NCBI GenBank assembly: GCA_965217775.1
Contig: CBDCJH010000002.1
Location: 3,616,001-3,680,000 of the forward strand
Direction: 5' to 3'
Origin: Acidobacteriota bacterium
GTDB lineage: Bacteria; Acidobacteriota; UBA6911; RPQK01; JAJDTT01
DNA: 64,000 nucleotides
Each line of letters opens with the position of its first letter. The first letter of the stretch is position 1. Of this stretch, positions 48,201 through 62,234 are shown piece by piece. The notes beneath the pieces were generated by a model that did no database searches, had not been told where the DNA came from, and saw only the letters and a program-made list of their open reading frames with translations. The position numbers and the translations under genes are program-made.

Positions 48201-51200
48201 AGCCGGGAAGAGGGCGTCATTGACGGGTTCGCTGGCCCCGACTCCGGCCACTCCTAAATCTCGTATGTCAAAGCGCAGCACTCCGCCGATGGGTCCATCT
48301 GACACCACTCTCACGGACCCCGTCACCAACTCACCTCGTCCGTGGGTCGAGATCGTGAGTTCTCCTAGCGGCGCAATCTCCGTTCGTACCTTCAGAGCTC
48401 CATCCTCAAGCACCTCCAGATCTGCCGTGATCTCCACCACCGATTCGGCGTCAATCCGATCGCCCTCCTGATCATAAAAGTAGAGGATGGGACCGATCGG
48501 CTTGGTCGCAACGTTCAACAACACCACATCGGAGGTGATGGAAGAACTATTGGCGAAATGGGCAAACTCCAGAGCGAACTCCTCGTCGATGAACTGCCGG
48601 ATCTGAGGATAGAAAACCGAAAAGTGTGTTGCGCCACTAAAAAAAGGGCCGGACGAGCAGTCGTACACCTTTTTTTGGGGTGCGAAGCTCTGCACTCCCA
48701 CTACAGTTTCAGGTTTGCTGAAGAGGGCCGATCCGGAAGAGCCCTCCTCTACTACGCCTTGCGTGTAGCGGACGATGGCGTAGACATCGTCAGAAGTTTC
48801 AAAACGTGGGTCGGAAATGATCTGACCGAAGGAAATCCGCTTGAATTGGCCCCAGTCATCGCTCCCAGGATGGTGAATGCCCGTGACCTGCCTGCCGACA
48901 GGCTGAGGGTCCGCGTCCCAGCCTTGGAACATCACACCGTCCGACAGATCGCCTTCGAGCCGCAGCAGCGTCATATCGCCGTTGGGTTGTCCGATTTCCG
49001 AGTGCCCTGTGGTCGCGAGCAGACGCGCCCCCTCGGTACGCGGCACGCTCCGTAAGTCCGGCGGTTCTCCGTTACAGGTTCGTGTCTGGTAGAACCAGAC
49101 CGCTATCACACTACGCGCTTCCTCCTCGGTTTGAACGCAGTGGGCGGCGGTGAGAAAGTAGGGTGTGAAGTCCTGCCGGCTGTTGTTAAGCACCGTGCCC
49201 GAACAGACTGCACTGCCGCCCTCGCTCGTCTCAAAGAATATCCTCGCGACTCCAGTTGCGGAACTCGACCATTCCGAGTGGCAGGTCACATCCAGGTGAC
49301 AGTCCGCGGCGTCCGTCTCCACTGTCGCCGTGATCGTGCCCTCGGCGACGACGCCTGTATCAAGGAGAACTACCGTGACAAAGTAGGTTCCGGCTCGAAG
49401 CGGCGGGTCGGAGCGCCGTGTGATACCGATCCGCTCCTTGCTCGCGTAGTCAGAGGCGAGCCTCCCGTCCTGCACATTGTTGTCCTCGCCATAACGGACA
49501 GCCAGAGCCACATCGACATCGGGATCGGCGGACTCCAGCGTGAAGGTGACTCGGGAGGCGTCCTCGGGCACCTCCAGCCGGAACGAGTGGCCCCTGTTGA
49601 ATAGTGTCGGGGAATCAACCGGACCCAGACGGAAGTCGGCAGGCCGCCCGGGGGTGAGCGGTCCGCCGCCGATGGGCCCCGGATCCTCTCCGTCGCGTTC
49701 CACTTCCGCTGTGAGCGTGCCCTCGGCGACGACGCCCGTATCCCAGAAAACTAGCGAGACAAAGTAGGTTCCGGCTCGAAGCGGCGGGTCGGATTCGGGG
49801 GTAATGACGATCTCCTCATTACCCGTGCCTCCCCGCGAACCGTAGTCATAGACAAACCTCCCGTCCTGCAACTCGTTGTCCTCACCAAAGCGAGCATACA
49901 AACCCACGTCGACATCGGCATCGGCGGATTCCAGCGTGAGGGTGACTCGGGAGGCGTCCTCGGGCACTTCCAGCCGGTACGAATAACGCCCGTTGAATAG
50001 TATCGAGGTGTCAACCGGACCCAAACGGAAGTCGGCAGGTTGTCCGGGAGTGAGCGGTCCGCCGCTGATCGGCTCCGGATCCTCTCCGTCGCGTTCCACT
50101 TCCGCCGTGAGCGTGCATTCGGCGACGACGCCGGTATCATAGAGACTTACCGAGACAAAGTAGGTTCCGGCTCGAAGTGGCGGATCCGATTCGGGGGTAA
50201 TGACGATCTCCTCATTGCCCGTGAGTCCCTCTGAGACGTAGTCAGTAACAGGCCTCCCGTTCTGCACGTCGTTGTCCTCTCCATAGCGGACATACAAATC
50301 CACGTCGACATCAGGATCGGCGGATTCCAGTGTGAAGGTCACTCGGGAGGCGTTGCCGGGAACCTCCAGCCGGAATGAGTCATCCCCGGTGAATAGTGTC
50401 GAGTTGTCAACCGGACCCCTACGGAACTCGACCGGCCGCCCGGGTGTGAGCCTTCTTGCGGCTTTCGGGCGCGGCGTTTGCAGGGAGGTGAACCGCTTGA
50501 CGGACTGCATTGCCTTTGCCAGCCGCCACGGCTTCGACTGTGTTCCCACCGCAACCTCGATCGGGCCGGCGAGCAACCGCTTTTCCGATTCCCGTCTGTC
50601 GGGGCTTTCCGACGCGGTCTCCATGTCGGCTCCGAAAGCATCGTCCCAGATATGGCTGATCGCAACGATTTGAAACGGCACGGCGTCTGTTGCGGCCTCC
50701 TCATGGGGCAGATACTCGATCGTCAGGCTGTCGCCGAAGACGATGCCGCTCCAGAAGTCTCCGTCCCCGTACAGACCCGAGCCGCTGTAGGGCCCCACGA
50801 TCTGCCCGCTCGCCGAGTGGAGCCACAGACTACCCGCCCCGATGGCGAAGTCTTGAAAGTGAATGCGCATGGCGCGAGCACTGGGAGAGGTCACCCTCAG
50901 GCGCCAAAGGCGGCCGGAAGCGGTCGATTGCCACGCTCCCGTGGCGGTTGTCATGACAGTTTCACCGGAGAAGTTCAGAGTGACCACCTCCGGTGGCAAC
51001 CGACGGTGAACGCCGATGACGGGAGGCCGGCCCTGTTGCGGCTGCACACGCTGCAAATCGTCGGGCCCCAGTGGCGGTAAGACGGCCGTCGCAGGCGATA
51101 GAATACTCAGTTGAAGACTAGGCGGTCTGACCGCTGCCGCCTTCGACCGCTGTTGTTTTTCCAGAACCAGCGACCCGATCCGTTGGCCCCATCCCGACTG

Positions 51201-51308
51201 CGTCAGCAGAGCAAACGTCAGGACCAATAAAATTCCCAGGCGGCATAACACAGGGAAAACCATGAAACTCAACCGAGTTGTGAATTCGTCAAGCTTTCCA
51301 CTTAGCAT
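42207..51308 (-). CDS. Giant secreted S1 protease/adhesin: 3 PPC-like domains, protease, 2 AHFAN repeats, 14 CARDB-like repeats
   Basis: Signal peptide; triad YFLTAAHC / GDMTLLRL / EEGSSGS; 14 units of DLVV...ATVRN.G...YGACVD...NNCS. Confidence 0.9.
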   Translation of the reverse strand: MLSGKLDEFTTRLSFMVFPVLCRLGILLVLTFALLTQSGWGQRIGSLVLEKQQRSKAAAVRPPSLQLSILSPATAVLPPLGPDDLQRVQPQQGRPPVIGVHRRLPPEVVTLNFSGETVMTTATGAWQSTASGRLWRLRVTSPSARAMRIHFQDFAIGAGSLWLHSASGQIVGPYSGSGLYGDGDFWSGIVFGDSLTIEYLPHEEAATDAVPFQIVAISHIWDDAFGADMETASESPDRRESEKRLLAGPIEVAVGTQSKPWRLAKAMQSVKRFTSLQTPRPKAARRLTPGRPVEFRRGPVDNSTLFTGDDSFRLEVPGNASRVTFTLESADPDVDVDLYVRYGEDNDVQNGRPVTDYVSEGLTGNEEIVITPESDPPLRAGTYFVSVSLYDTGVVAECTLTAEVERDGEDPEPISGGPLTPGQPADFRLGPVDTSILFNGRYSYRLEVPEDASRVTLTLESADADVDVGLYARFGEDNELQDGRFVYDYGSRGGTGNEEIVITPESDPPLRAGTYFVSLVFWDTGVVAEGTLTAEVERDGEDPGPIGGGPLTPGRPADFRLGPVDSPTLFNRGHSFRLEVPEDASRVTFTLESADPDVDVALAVRYGEDNNVQDGRLASDYASKERIGITRRSDPPLRAGTYFVTVVLLDTGVVAEGTITATVETDAADCHLDVTCHSEWSSSATGVARIFFETSEGGSAVCSGTVLNNSRQDFTPYFLTAAHCVQTEEEARSVIAVWFYQTRTCNGEPPDLRSVPRTEGARLLATTGHSEIGQPNGDMTLLRLEGDLSDGVMFQGWDADPQPVGRQVTGIHHPGSDDWGQFKRISFGQIISDPRFETSDDVYAIVRYTQGVVEEGSSGSALFSKPETVVGVQSFAPQKKVYDCSSGPFFSGATHFSVFYPQIRQFIDEEFALEFAHFANSSSITSDVVLLNVATKPIGPILYFYDQEGDRIDAESVVEITADLEVLEDGALKVRTEIAPLGELTISTHGRGELVTGSVRVVSDGPIGGVLRFDIRDLGVAGVGASEPVNDALFPARRQTRGINTGVALRNMETEEMTVSCYLMRGGSVLEDADIQLAADGQAARFINEIFPGTNTSDFVGSVRCIAPDERRFTGIALELDSNNGIFTTLPVVPVDQKGGGNRETTLEFAHFANSSSTTSDVVLVNVAPHRTRPALYFYDREGDQIDPESVVEITRDLRIAEDGALTVRTQLPPLAEFTISTHGRGELVTGSVRVVSDGPIGGVLRFDIPDVAVAGVGASEPVNDALFPARRQVRGINTGVALRNMEAEEMAVSCYLMRGGSVLDEADIQLAANGQTAHFIDEIFDHANAVNFVGSVRCIASDEGRFAGIALELDFNNGIFTTLPVVPVIDDDEIKPDLDLVVESAAVSDASVESGATFTLMATVRNRGPIESVATTLRYYRSTDTTISAGDTEVGTDSVGFLRASETSDESIRLTAPSSPGRYYYGACVDTVPDESETGNNCSSAVEVTVGAAPAPDLVVESPTVSESSPAAGQSFRLSATVRNQGAGDATSSTYLHYYRSADVTIGTSDTEVGSRDYVGYLDASETSEESIRLTAPSNPGRYYYGACVDTVPDESDTANNCSSAVEVTVGAAPAPDLVVESPTVSERSPAAGQTFTLSATVRNQGAGDATSSTYLHYYRSADVTIGTSDTEVGSRDYVGYLDASETSEESIRLTAPSNPGRYYYGACVDTVPDESDTANNCSSAVEVTVGAAPAPDLVVESPTVSERSPAAGQTFTLSATVRNQGAGDATSSTYLHYYRSADVTIGTSDTEVGSRDYVGYLDASETSEESIRLTAPSNPGRYYYGACVDTVPNESDTANNCSSAVAVTVGAAPAPDLVVESPTVSESSPAAGQTFTLSATVRNQGAGDATSSAYLHYYRSADVTIGTSDTEVGSRDYVGYLDASETSEESIRLTAPSNPGRYYYGACVDTVPDESDTANNCSSAVAVTVGAAPAPDLVVESPTVSERSPAAGQTFTLSATVRNQGAGDATSSTYLHYYRSADVTIGTSDTEVGSRDYVGYLDASETSEESIRLTAPSNPGRYYYGACVDTVPDESDTANNCSSAVAVTVGAAPAPDLVVESPTVSERSPAAGQTFTLSATVRNQGAGDATSSTYLHYYRSADVTIGTSDTEVGTRDYVGYLDASETSEESIRLTAPSNPGRYYYGACVDTVPNESDTANNCSSAVAVTVGAAPAPDLVVESPTVSNSSPAAGQSFRLSATVRNQGAGDATSSVFLHYYRSADATIGTSDTEVGTRDFVGILAASGTSDESIRLTAPSSAGTYYYGACVDTVSDESDTANNCSSAVEVIVGAAPAPDLVVESPTVSDSSPTAGNSFDLSATVRNQGTGRSSSFTTLRYYRSTDATISAIDTEVGTDSVGILAASGTSNESIRLTAPSSAGTYYYGACVDTVSDESDTANNCSSAVEVTVSAPDLVVESPTVSDSSPTAGQSFTLSATVRNQGAGRSSSTTLRYYRSTNATISAIDTEVGTDSVGFLAASGTSNESIRLTAPSSAGTYYYGACVDMVSDESDTANNCSSAVEVTVGAAPGPDLLVESPTVSDSSPAAGDSFRLSATVRNRGTGRSSSFTTLRYYRSTDATISAGDTAVGTDLVGFLDASETSNESIRLTAPSSPGTYYYGACVDTVSDESDTGNNCSSAVEVTVRGAPDLVVSSLNVSDNNPVVGNSLDLRATVRNQGTASSPSSVLRYYRSTDATISAFDTEVGTDFVGILDASETSNESIRLTAPSSPGRYYYGACVDTVPDESETGNNCSGAVIVTVHGLPDLVVESPRVSDSSPVVGNSFDLSATVRNQGTGSSASITTLRYYRSLDATISAYDTEVGTDFVEILAASGTSNESIRLTAPSTVGTYYYGACVDTVTDESDTANNCSSAVEVTVGAPDLVVDPFEGSWRPPAVQASPFFLSATVRNQGTGRSSSTTLRYYRSTDLTISAEDTAVGTDSVGILDASETSFEWIRVTTPSSPGTYHYGACVDPVPGESDTANNCSSIVSVGR
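42210..47180 (-). repeat. Tandem array of 14 units of about 345-360 bp; core 44281-46920 has an exact 360-bp period
   Basis: GATTCCACCACCAG(G/A)TCAGGTGCAGGAGCA recurs at 44281, 44641, 45001, 45361, 45721, 46081, 46441 and 46801. Confidence 0.97.
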
Positions 51309-51869
51309 GGTTTTTCTTTCTCGCTAGGAACCTGCGCCGTGGATGATTTGTGAAACGACTCGGGCGGTTGACCTTGGCTTCGATGAACCGTGCGGTAGAA
51401 AACGTTGCGTTCACCAAGTCGGAAGAGCGCCCGCGGCTCCACAAGATCGAGGGGAAAACCGGTTCTGATCGTTGATGGCACGGTCGAAAGGCTCCCCTGA
51501 GGTCCGATGGGCGGCCATTTTTAGGAGCCAAAGGACCGTCCACTCAGCGAGCGGCCGTAGGTGAGGGCCCGGCCGGGAGGTTCGGCCTTGAACATCCCGG
51601 AAACCGTGAGGCCTTGTCGGGAAGATGCCGCCGCATCTACCGTTCCAAAACCGATCACTAATCACCTATTGCCAACACTGGCTTCACGAGCCGAACCGGC
51701 CCCCTCGGTTGTCGTTGCCCGAGTAGACCGCTATCGCTTTTCCATGAACTACTGATCCGAACGAGCCACACGACGGCGTCGTCGTGAAGGCGTGCCTGTC
51801 TTGGCACCTGTAACTCCTAATGACGCCTGGGAAACGAGAACCGGACAGTCTCGCTACGAAAAATGTGGA

Positions 51870-54587
51870 CTATTCGTCCCTGGGAACCTTCGAAAGGGCC
51901 TCGTCGAATGCGCGCGCGTTTGCCGGCCGCTCCGACCGGGGGGCCGATAAGATCGATGCCGCGAACTCGATCACGGCCGCTCCGGCCTTCGACGCTGCGG
52001 TTGGCCCGGCGGCGCCAACAAGACGCCGGCGCCGGATCCGGTCCACCATCTCGTCGATGTCGGGGGCGGCGAACGGATGCCGGCCGGACACCATCTCGTA
52101 CAGAACGACGCACAGAGACCAGACGTCGTCGGCTTCATCGGCCAAGCGGCCGGAGAGCACTTCCGGCGACATGTAGCGCAAGGTGCCCCCTGCGGTCACG
52201 GCATCGTCCGTCTCACGGGTCAGGCCGAAATCCAGCAGTTTGGGCGACCCGTTCGACGTGAAGCCGATATTGCTGGGCTTGATGTCTCCATGCAGGAGTC
52301 CCTTGTCGTGCAGCGTCGCCAGCGCGTCGGCCAGCCGGGCGATGGCGGAAACGGCCTCCAACGGAGGGATCGGACCGTCACGCAATCGATCCTCGAGCGT
52401 GCCGCCGGGAAGGAACTCGACGATGAGGAACGGACGGCCGCGCCAGAACTCGATACCGTAGATCTGAGCGGCTGCCGGATGCGTCACCGTCGCCATGGTC
52501 CGCCCTTCCGGCCTCAGCCTCATCAGGTGGTGGGCCGACCCCCTCCCCAGGGTCTTGATCGCGACGTCTCGGGCCAGTTGCAGGTCACGCGCCAGATAGA
52601 CCGCTCCCATGCCCCCGACACCCAGGCGCCGCGTCAGTCGAAACTTGCCCGCCAGGAGCTTCGGGACCTCCGTCTCTTGGTAAGCGACTCCGCATTCGCA
52701 CTCGGGCGGAGCACCGGCCACCACGACGCATCGGCAGACGGGACACTCCCGCGCCGGCGGCGGCTCCGATGGTCGGGCGTCCGGCGCCTGCAGCAGACGT
52801 AGGCGCGCGACCGCCAACCCGGCGGCGGCCCCGAGCGCCTCGAGAAACGGAAGATCGACGGTGCGCACGATCCGATCGTCGAAACGGCGTCCCACCACGA
52901 GCACGCCGAAGACCTCCGTTCCCGGACCGGGTAGCGGCAGGATCAAGTCGGCGGAAGTCTCGACGACCCACGCCGCATCGGCAGGCGGCAACAGCGGGAA
53001 GACCGCTGTCTTGTCCTCCGGATTGACCCGCAATGGACCGCCGGCCGTCTCCAGCAGGTGGACGATGGCAGAGACGCGCGGCAGGGGAGCGATCCGGGCG
53101 TCCGGCGCGCGGAAATCTTGTGCTTCCGTTGGGGAATCGGTCGCAATCAGCAGGGCAGCCGGCGACCCGCAACCGCGCTTGGCCGTTCGGGTCACCGCCC
53201 GGCTGACCTTGGTCATCCGCCCGGCCTGAGCCAACGCGACCCCCGCGGCGGCCAGTGCCCGCCTCTGGTCCTTGGTCTCGGGGAAGATCCAGGCGTCCAG
53301 GCGAATCAGGATCCGGTCGCGGCCGATGGTCACCAGCAACATGATCCCGGTTGCCGCGAACAGCAACTGCGCCAGCGGATCCGTAGTGACCGCTCCGACC
53401 GTGCGCTCGGGATGACCCGCCACCATCCAGCCCAGGGCCACCGCGGGAACGGCGGCCGCAGCTCCCAACAGGCCCCGGCGCATCAGCACCCGCCTGTAGC
53501 ACGCCCGGACCACCTCTCGCGGGTGGGGCACGCGCACCGCGAGTACGGAATACCAGAGCAGAATCATTCCGGGGAATCGCATCAGAACGACCACCAGAAG
53601 GAGGGGTGACCATCGAAAGTTGGACACCCACATCCCTGGCGAGAACACCTCGGCGACACTGACCGTGACCCAAGCTACTACGTAAATGAGGAACCCGCTG
53701 CTGAACACGACGACGCGTCTCACCTCGTCGGCTGGCGCAGTGTGCGCACGTAACGCAATGACCGCGGCCGCCGCCAGCGCCAACAGAGCAGTGATGGCGA
53801 AGGATCCATCGATGGCCAGAGAAACGGGCGCCTTCGCGTAACCGGCTCGCGCGAACTCCAGCGTCGCCACGTACGTTACCCAGAGGGTTGTGCCGACTGC
53901 CACGCTGACTGGAACCATGTGGCGCGCGAGATCATCGAGCCGGGTTCGCCGATGGATCCGCGGACACTCTCGGGCGAACGCCCAGAGAAACGCAGGGGCG
54001 AAGTGGAACGCGGGCACGTAAAAATAAACGAAACTCCTCGTTAGCGGAGGTAATTCCCGGAGAAACGCGTCGACCATATGCGGTGGCGGGAGTTCTCCGA
54101 GAAACGCCGGCAGCATGTGAAACGGCCCCAGCGTGGCCCTGACCAGGAAAAAGCCTCCGAGCAGCCAAGTTCGCGGTTCCCGAACGCCGCCGAACAGCAG
54201 TAGGAACGCACTCACGCCATGCCCGAGGAACAGCATCACCATGTAAACGGCCACCTCGCCATGCTGGCGGTGGTAGTCGGTCCATTCCCACGGGAGCAGC
54301 ATCAGCGCGACCGCCACCTCGACCGTGGCGATGACCATCAGCGCACGAAATACACGGCCCATGAACGCCCCGGTGCCCGGAACGGGGCCGGTCGCCGGCA
54401 GGGTTGCCGGTGTTTGTCCAGCATGGCGTCGGCTTCTGAAGACACGGGCGATGACGCGCAGGTTCTCAAGCTTCTCGCGGTCGGCAGGCACGGCGAGTTC
54501 CGCACATCGGTCCCATTGGACATCGTGGTCCAGCGTGAGCGCGTCCGCCACATCGGCTATGAGATCGTTACGATCTTTGTCGCTCAT
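51870..54587 (-). CDS. Membrane-embedded Hanks-type Ser/Thr protein kinase
   Basis: Multiple TM helices, a GAF-like region, CPVC...CEC, then GVGGMGAVY, VAIK, HGDIKPSN, DFG and YMSPE. Confidence 0.92.
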   Translation of the reverse strand: MSDKDRNDLIADVADALTLDHDVQWDRCAELAVPADREKLENLRVIARVFRSRRHAGQTPATLPATGPVPGTGAFMGRVFRALMVIATVEVAVALMLLPWEWTDYHRQHGEVAVYMVMLFLGHGVSAFLLLFGGVREPRTWLLGGFFLVRATLGPFHMLPAFLGELPPPHMVDAFLRELPPLTRSFVYFYVPAFHFAPAFLWAFARECPRIHRRTRLDDLARHMVPVSVAVGTTLWVTYVATLEFARAGYAKAPVSLAIDGSFAITALLALAAAAVIALRAHTAPADEVRRVVVFSSGFLIYVVAWVTVSVAEVFSPGMWVSNFRWSPLLLVVVLMRFPGMILLWYSVLAVRVPHPREVVRACYRRVLMRRGLLGAAAAVPAVALGWMVAGHPERTVGAVTTDPLAQLLFAATGIMLLVTIGRDRILIRLDAWIFPETKDQRRALAAAGVALAQAGRMTKVSRAVTRTAKRGCGSPAALLIATDSPTEAQDFRAPDARIAPLPRVSAIVHLLETAGGPLRVNPEDKTAVFPLLPPADAAWVVETSADLILPLPGPGTEVFGVLVVGRRFDDRIVRTVDLPFLEALGAAAGLAVARLRLLQAPDARPSEPPPARECPVCRCVVVAGAPPECECGVAYQETEVPKLLAGKFRLTRRLGVGGMGAVYLARDLQLARDVAIKTLGRGSAHHLMRLRPEGRTMATVTHPAAAQIYGIEFWRGRPFLIVEFLPGGTLEDRLRDGPIPPLEAVSAIARLADALATLHDKGLLHGDIKPSNIGFTSNGSPKLLDFGLTRETDDAVTAGGTLRYMSPEVLSGRLADEADDVWSLCVVLYEMVSGRHPFAAPDIDEMVDRIRRRRLVGAAGPTAASKAGAAVIEFAASILSAPRSERPANARAFDEALSKVPRDE

Positions 54588-54954
54588 TACTCGTCCGGGT
54601 TCGCGTCATTGTGCTGTTCGACATCGGCGCTGGCGCAAGATCCGCTGCAATCGGACTCGCCCGGCGTTGACAGCTTGTCTTGTTCAACCTCTTATGACGT
54701 CTGACTGGCAAATTTCGGACGGGTGCAGCTCGATTGGCAAGATTTTGGGGATCTCGGTGTGCGGACCGCCAGCACCGGACGGGCACCGGCCTTCCTGTGG
54801 CTATCTGTTGAGCCTGAACGTCGAGAACGATGTCGGAGTGGAAGCTCCCCGCAGTATCGTGGACGAGGAAGTCGCTATCATGGTCCCAGGACTTTCCCCA
54901 TTTTTCTGGGAGTTCGGGAGAACAGGAGAAGCAGGGTTGAGCGAGGATCGCGAC

Positions 54955-55120
54955 GTAGGGGCACCCCTTGTGGGTGCCCGCGGTCGCCCCTTACCGCTCG
55001 GCCCGGGGAGGGCGACCACACACACAAGGGTCGCCTCTACGATAATTTCTTGGATCGAAGACGCCACCCACATGGGGCGCCCCGGCGAACAATTCGTGGT
55101 CCGACGAGGGCTCCCCTACG
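54955..55120. repeat. GTAG-type REP palindromes
   Basis: GTAGGGGCACCCCTTGTGGGTGCCC (54955-54979), inverted GGGCGACC...AAGGGTCGCCTCTAC (55010-55040) and a degenerate GGGCTCCCCTAC (about 55108-55119). Confidence 0.8.
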
Positions 55121-55157
55121 AACAATTCTTCGCCCATTTGCACAACATTATTGGGCG

Positions 55158-55772
55158 TCAGTCTTTCGGCATGACCGTGCTCAGCCGAATCACGGCCCGC
55201 TTCAGGGCCTTGCGCGCCGCGTCCGCGCTAGGCAGGCGTTCGATGGCCGCGAGTTGCTGGTAGTTGTATCCGAGTTCCGCGCGTCCGACGATCAGCCGTC
55301 GATCACGGTCGTTCAGACCCTTGAGTCCATCCCGGTAGCGTTTCCACATCTCTTTGTTCAGCAACTGTTGATGCTGTGGAGACGCATCCTCAAAGGGACG
55401 AAGGGGTTCCTGCGGCGGCGTGAAACGGCCGGCGTCCAGACGTCGAGTGGCGCGTCGCAACTCGTCCTGGACGCGGTTCTCCACGGCGCGCCGCAGATAG
55501 CCCCGCAAGGCGGTCATGTGCTTCGACTCGAACCAGTTGAGCCGCGCGAAGGTGTGATGCAGGACGTCTTGCGCCAGGTCGCTCGTGGTGATCCCGTTGC
55601 GGGCCCACTGCGGCAGCCGGCCCCGCGCGCGTCTCCGCACCCAGGGCGCATACCGTCTGAACAGCGCCTCTATCGCTGATGCTCTCCCCCGTCTCACCCG
55701 TTCCAGAAGACGTTGCTCGGAACCGCCGCTTTGCGAATCGCTTTCGCTCGACCGCTTCGACGGTGGGGACAT
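55158..55772 (-). CDS. ECF sigma-70 factor
   Basis: Region 2 (DLAQDV, GYLRRAVENRVQDELRR) and region 4 (YQQLAA...DAARKALKRA); upstream of the kinase. Confidence 0.9.
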   Translation of the reverse strand: MSPPSKRSSESDSQSGGSEQRLLERVRRGRASAIEALFRRYAPWVRRRARGRLPQWARNGITTSDLAQDVLHHTFARLNWFESKHMTALRGYLRRAVENRVQDELRRATRRLDAGRFTPPQEPLRPFEDASPQHQQLLNKEMWKRYRDGLKGLNDRDRRLIVGRAELGYNYQQLAAIERLPSADAARKALKRAVIRLSTVMPKD

Positions 55773-55887
55773 TTGGTCCGTTATCCTAATCCGGCATAGC
55801 CGGAACCAAAAATTCTTCGCCGGAGCGGCGCCTTGCCGGCTGCCGACTCTTCGTCTGGGCCAGTCTTGCCCCGCTTTGGAACGAAGA

Positions 55888-55912
55888 GGGCGCCCACAAG
55901 GGGCGCCCCGAC
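55888..55912 (-). repeat. GTAG-type REP variant
   Basis: GGGCGCCCACAAGGGGCGCCCCGAC, an inverted homolog of the 54955 unit. Confidence 0.7.
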
Positions 55913-56109
55913 GGAAAATTCTTTTTTCATTTGCACAAGACTCTGGGAGTAAGAAAGTAACCGGTGCGGATCGTTCCGGAACGCCCCGCCGCCAGAATCT
56001 GTCCTCGCCACAATCACTCGATTTCTCCGGACAGGCACGCCGCTGCGCGGCCGGCGCCTCGTCCTCAGATGTCCAAACCTGCTGGCTTCGACAGATCCGA
56101 GTCCGGTAT

Positions 56110-57591
56110 TCATGGCAGGCGGGTCGAGCCCATGAGGAAGCGGTCGCACTCCCGGGCGGCTTCCCGGCCTTCGCGGATGGCCCAGACCACCAGGCTCTGC
56201 CCCCGCCGGACGTCGCCGGCGGCGAAGAAGCCCGGCACGCTGGTGACGTAGTCGCCGAAGTCCGCCTTGATATTGGAACGGGGGTCCCGTTCCAGCCCCA
56301 GTTGATCGGGGAGCCGGTCCTCGGGGCCCAGGAACCCCATGGCCAGCAGGAGCAGTTGGGCCGGCCACACCCGCTCCGTTCCCGGGATCCGTTCGAACGA
56401 CGGGCTCCCTCCGTTCCGCGACCACCGGATCCCCACGGTGTGGACCTGCTGCAGACGGCCCGAGGTGTCGCCCTCCATCCTGACGGTCATGATGGCGAAA
56501 CGGCGGGGGTCCGCTCCGAAGCGGGCGGCGGCCTCCTCCTGTCCGTACTCCATGCGGTAGATCCGGGGCCACTGGGGCCAGGGGTTGTCCGGGGCCCGAC
56601 TGTCAGGCGGCCGGGGAAGGATCTCGAACTGGACCAGGCTGCGGCAGCCGTGGCGAAGGGCAGTCCCGACACAATCGGTTCCCGTGTCTCCGCCTCCGAT
56701 GACGATGACGTCCTTGTCCCGGGCCGAAATGTATCGTCCGTCCTCGAGATTGCTGTCCAGCAGGCTCTTGGTGTTGGCGTGCAGATAGTCCATGGCGAAG
56801 TGGACGCCGTCCAGGTGCCGCCCCTCCACCGGCAGGTCTCTGGGCTTGGTGGCGCCGCAACAGAGGACGGCCGCGTCGTAATCGTCTCTCAGCCGGGAGG
56901 CGGAGTAGTTTCCGCCCACGTCCATCCCGGTGAGAAAACGGACCCCCTCCGCCGCCAGGAGCTCGACCCGGCGCCACACCACCTCCTTGTCCAGCTTCAT
57001 GGCCGGGATGCCGTAGGTCAGGAGCCCTCCGATTCGATCCGCCCGCTCCAGGACGGTGACCTCGTGCCCAGCCTGGTTCAACTGGTCCGCACAGGCCAGG
57101 CCCGCCGGTCCCGACCCCACGACGGCGACCTTCTTCCCGGTGCGGCGGGAAGGTGGCCGGGGAACGATCCAACCCTCCTCGAATCCCCGGTCGACGATCG
57201 AGCACTCGATGCTCTTGATGGTGACCGGCGGCTCGATGATGCCCAGGACGCAGGAGCCCTCGCACGGCGCGGGACAGACCCGTCCCGTGAACTCGGGGAA
57301 GTTGTTGGTTTTGTGGAGACGTTCCAGGGCCTCTCGCCAGAGTCCCCGGTAGACCAGATCGTTCCACTCCGGGATCAGGTTGTGGATGGGGCAGCCGGTG
57401 GCCATCCCGGCCATCACCTCACCCGTGTGGCAGAAGGGGACGCCGCAGTCCATGCAGCGGGCTCCCTGGCGCTGCAGCGAGGAATCGGGGAGATGTTGGT
57501 GGAACTCGCCCCAGGTTCCGATCCGCTCGCCGGGAGTCAGGACCGGAAGCGACTCCCGCTCGTATTCCATGAAGCCGGTGGGCTTACCCAT
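56110..57591 (-). CDS. gltD: Glutamate synthase small subunit
   Basis: [42 protein letters not shown] and [14 protein letters not shown]. Confidence 0.97.
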   Translation of the reverse strand: MGKPTGFMEYERESLPVLTPGERIGTWGEFHQHLPDSSLQRQGARCMDCGVPFCHTGEVMAGMATGCPIHNLIPEWNDLVYRGLWREALERLHKTNNFPEFTGRVCPAPCEGSCVLGIIEPPVTIKSIECSIVDRGFEEGWIVPRPPSRRTGKKVAVVGSGPAGLACADQLNQAGHEVTVLERADRIGGLLTYGIPAMKLDKEVVWRRVELLAAEGVRFLTGMDVGGNYSASRLRDDYDAAVLCCGATKPRDLPVEGRHLDGVHFAMDYLHANTKSLLDSNLEDGRYISARDKDVIVIGGGDTGTDCVGTALRHGCRSLVQFEILPRPPDSRAPDNPWPQWPRIYRMEYGQEEAAARFGADPRRFAIMTVRMEGDTSGRLQQVHTVGIRWSRNGGSPSFERIPGTERVWPAQLLLLAMGFLGPEDRLPDQLGLERDPRSNIKADFGDYVTSVPGFFAAGDVRRGQSLVVWAIREGREAARECDRFLMGSTRLP

Positions 57592-57635
57592 CTGGCGCTC
57601 TATTCATACTCTCCGGCAGACGTCTCTGATCTGTC

Positions 57636-62230
<4,595 letters not shown>

Positions 62231-62234
<4 letters not shown>

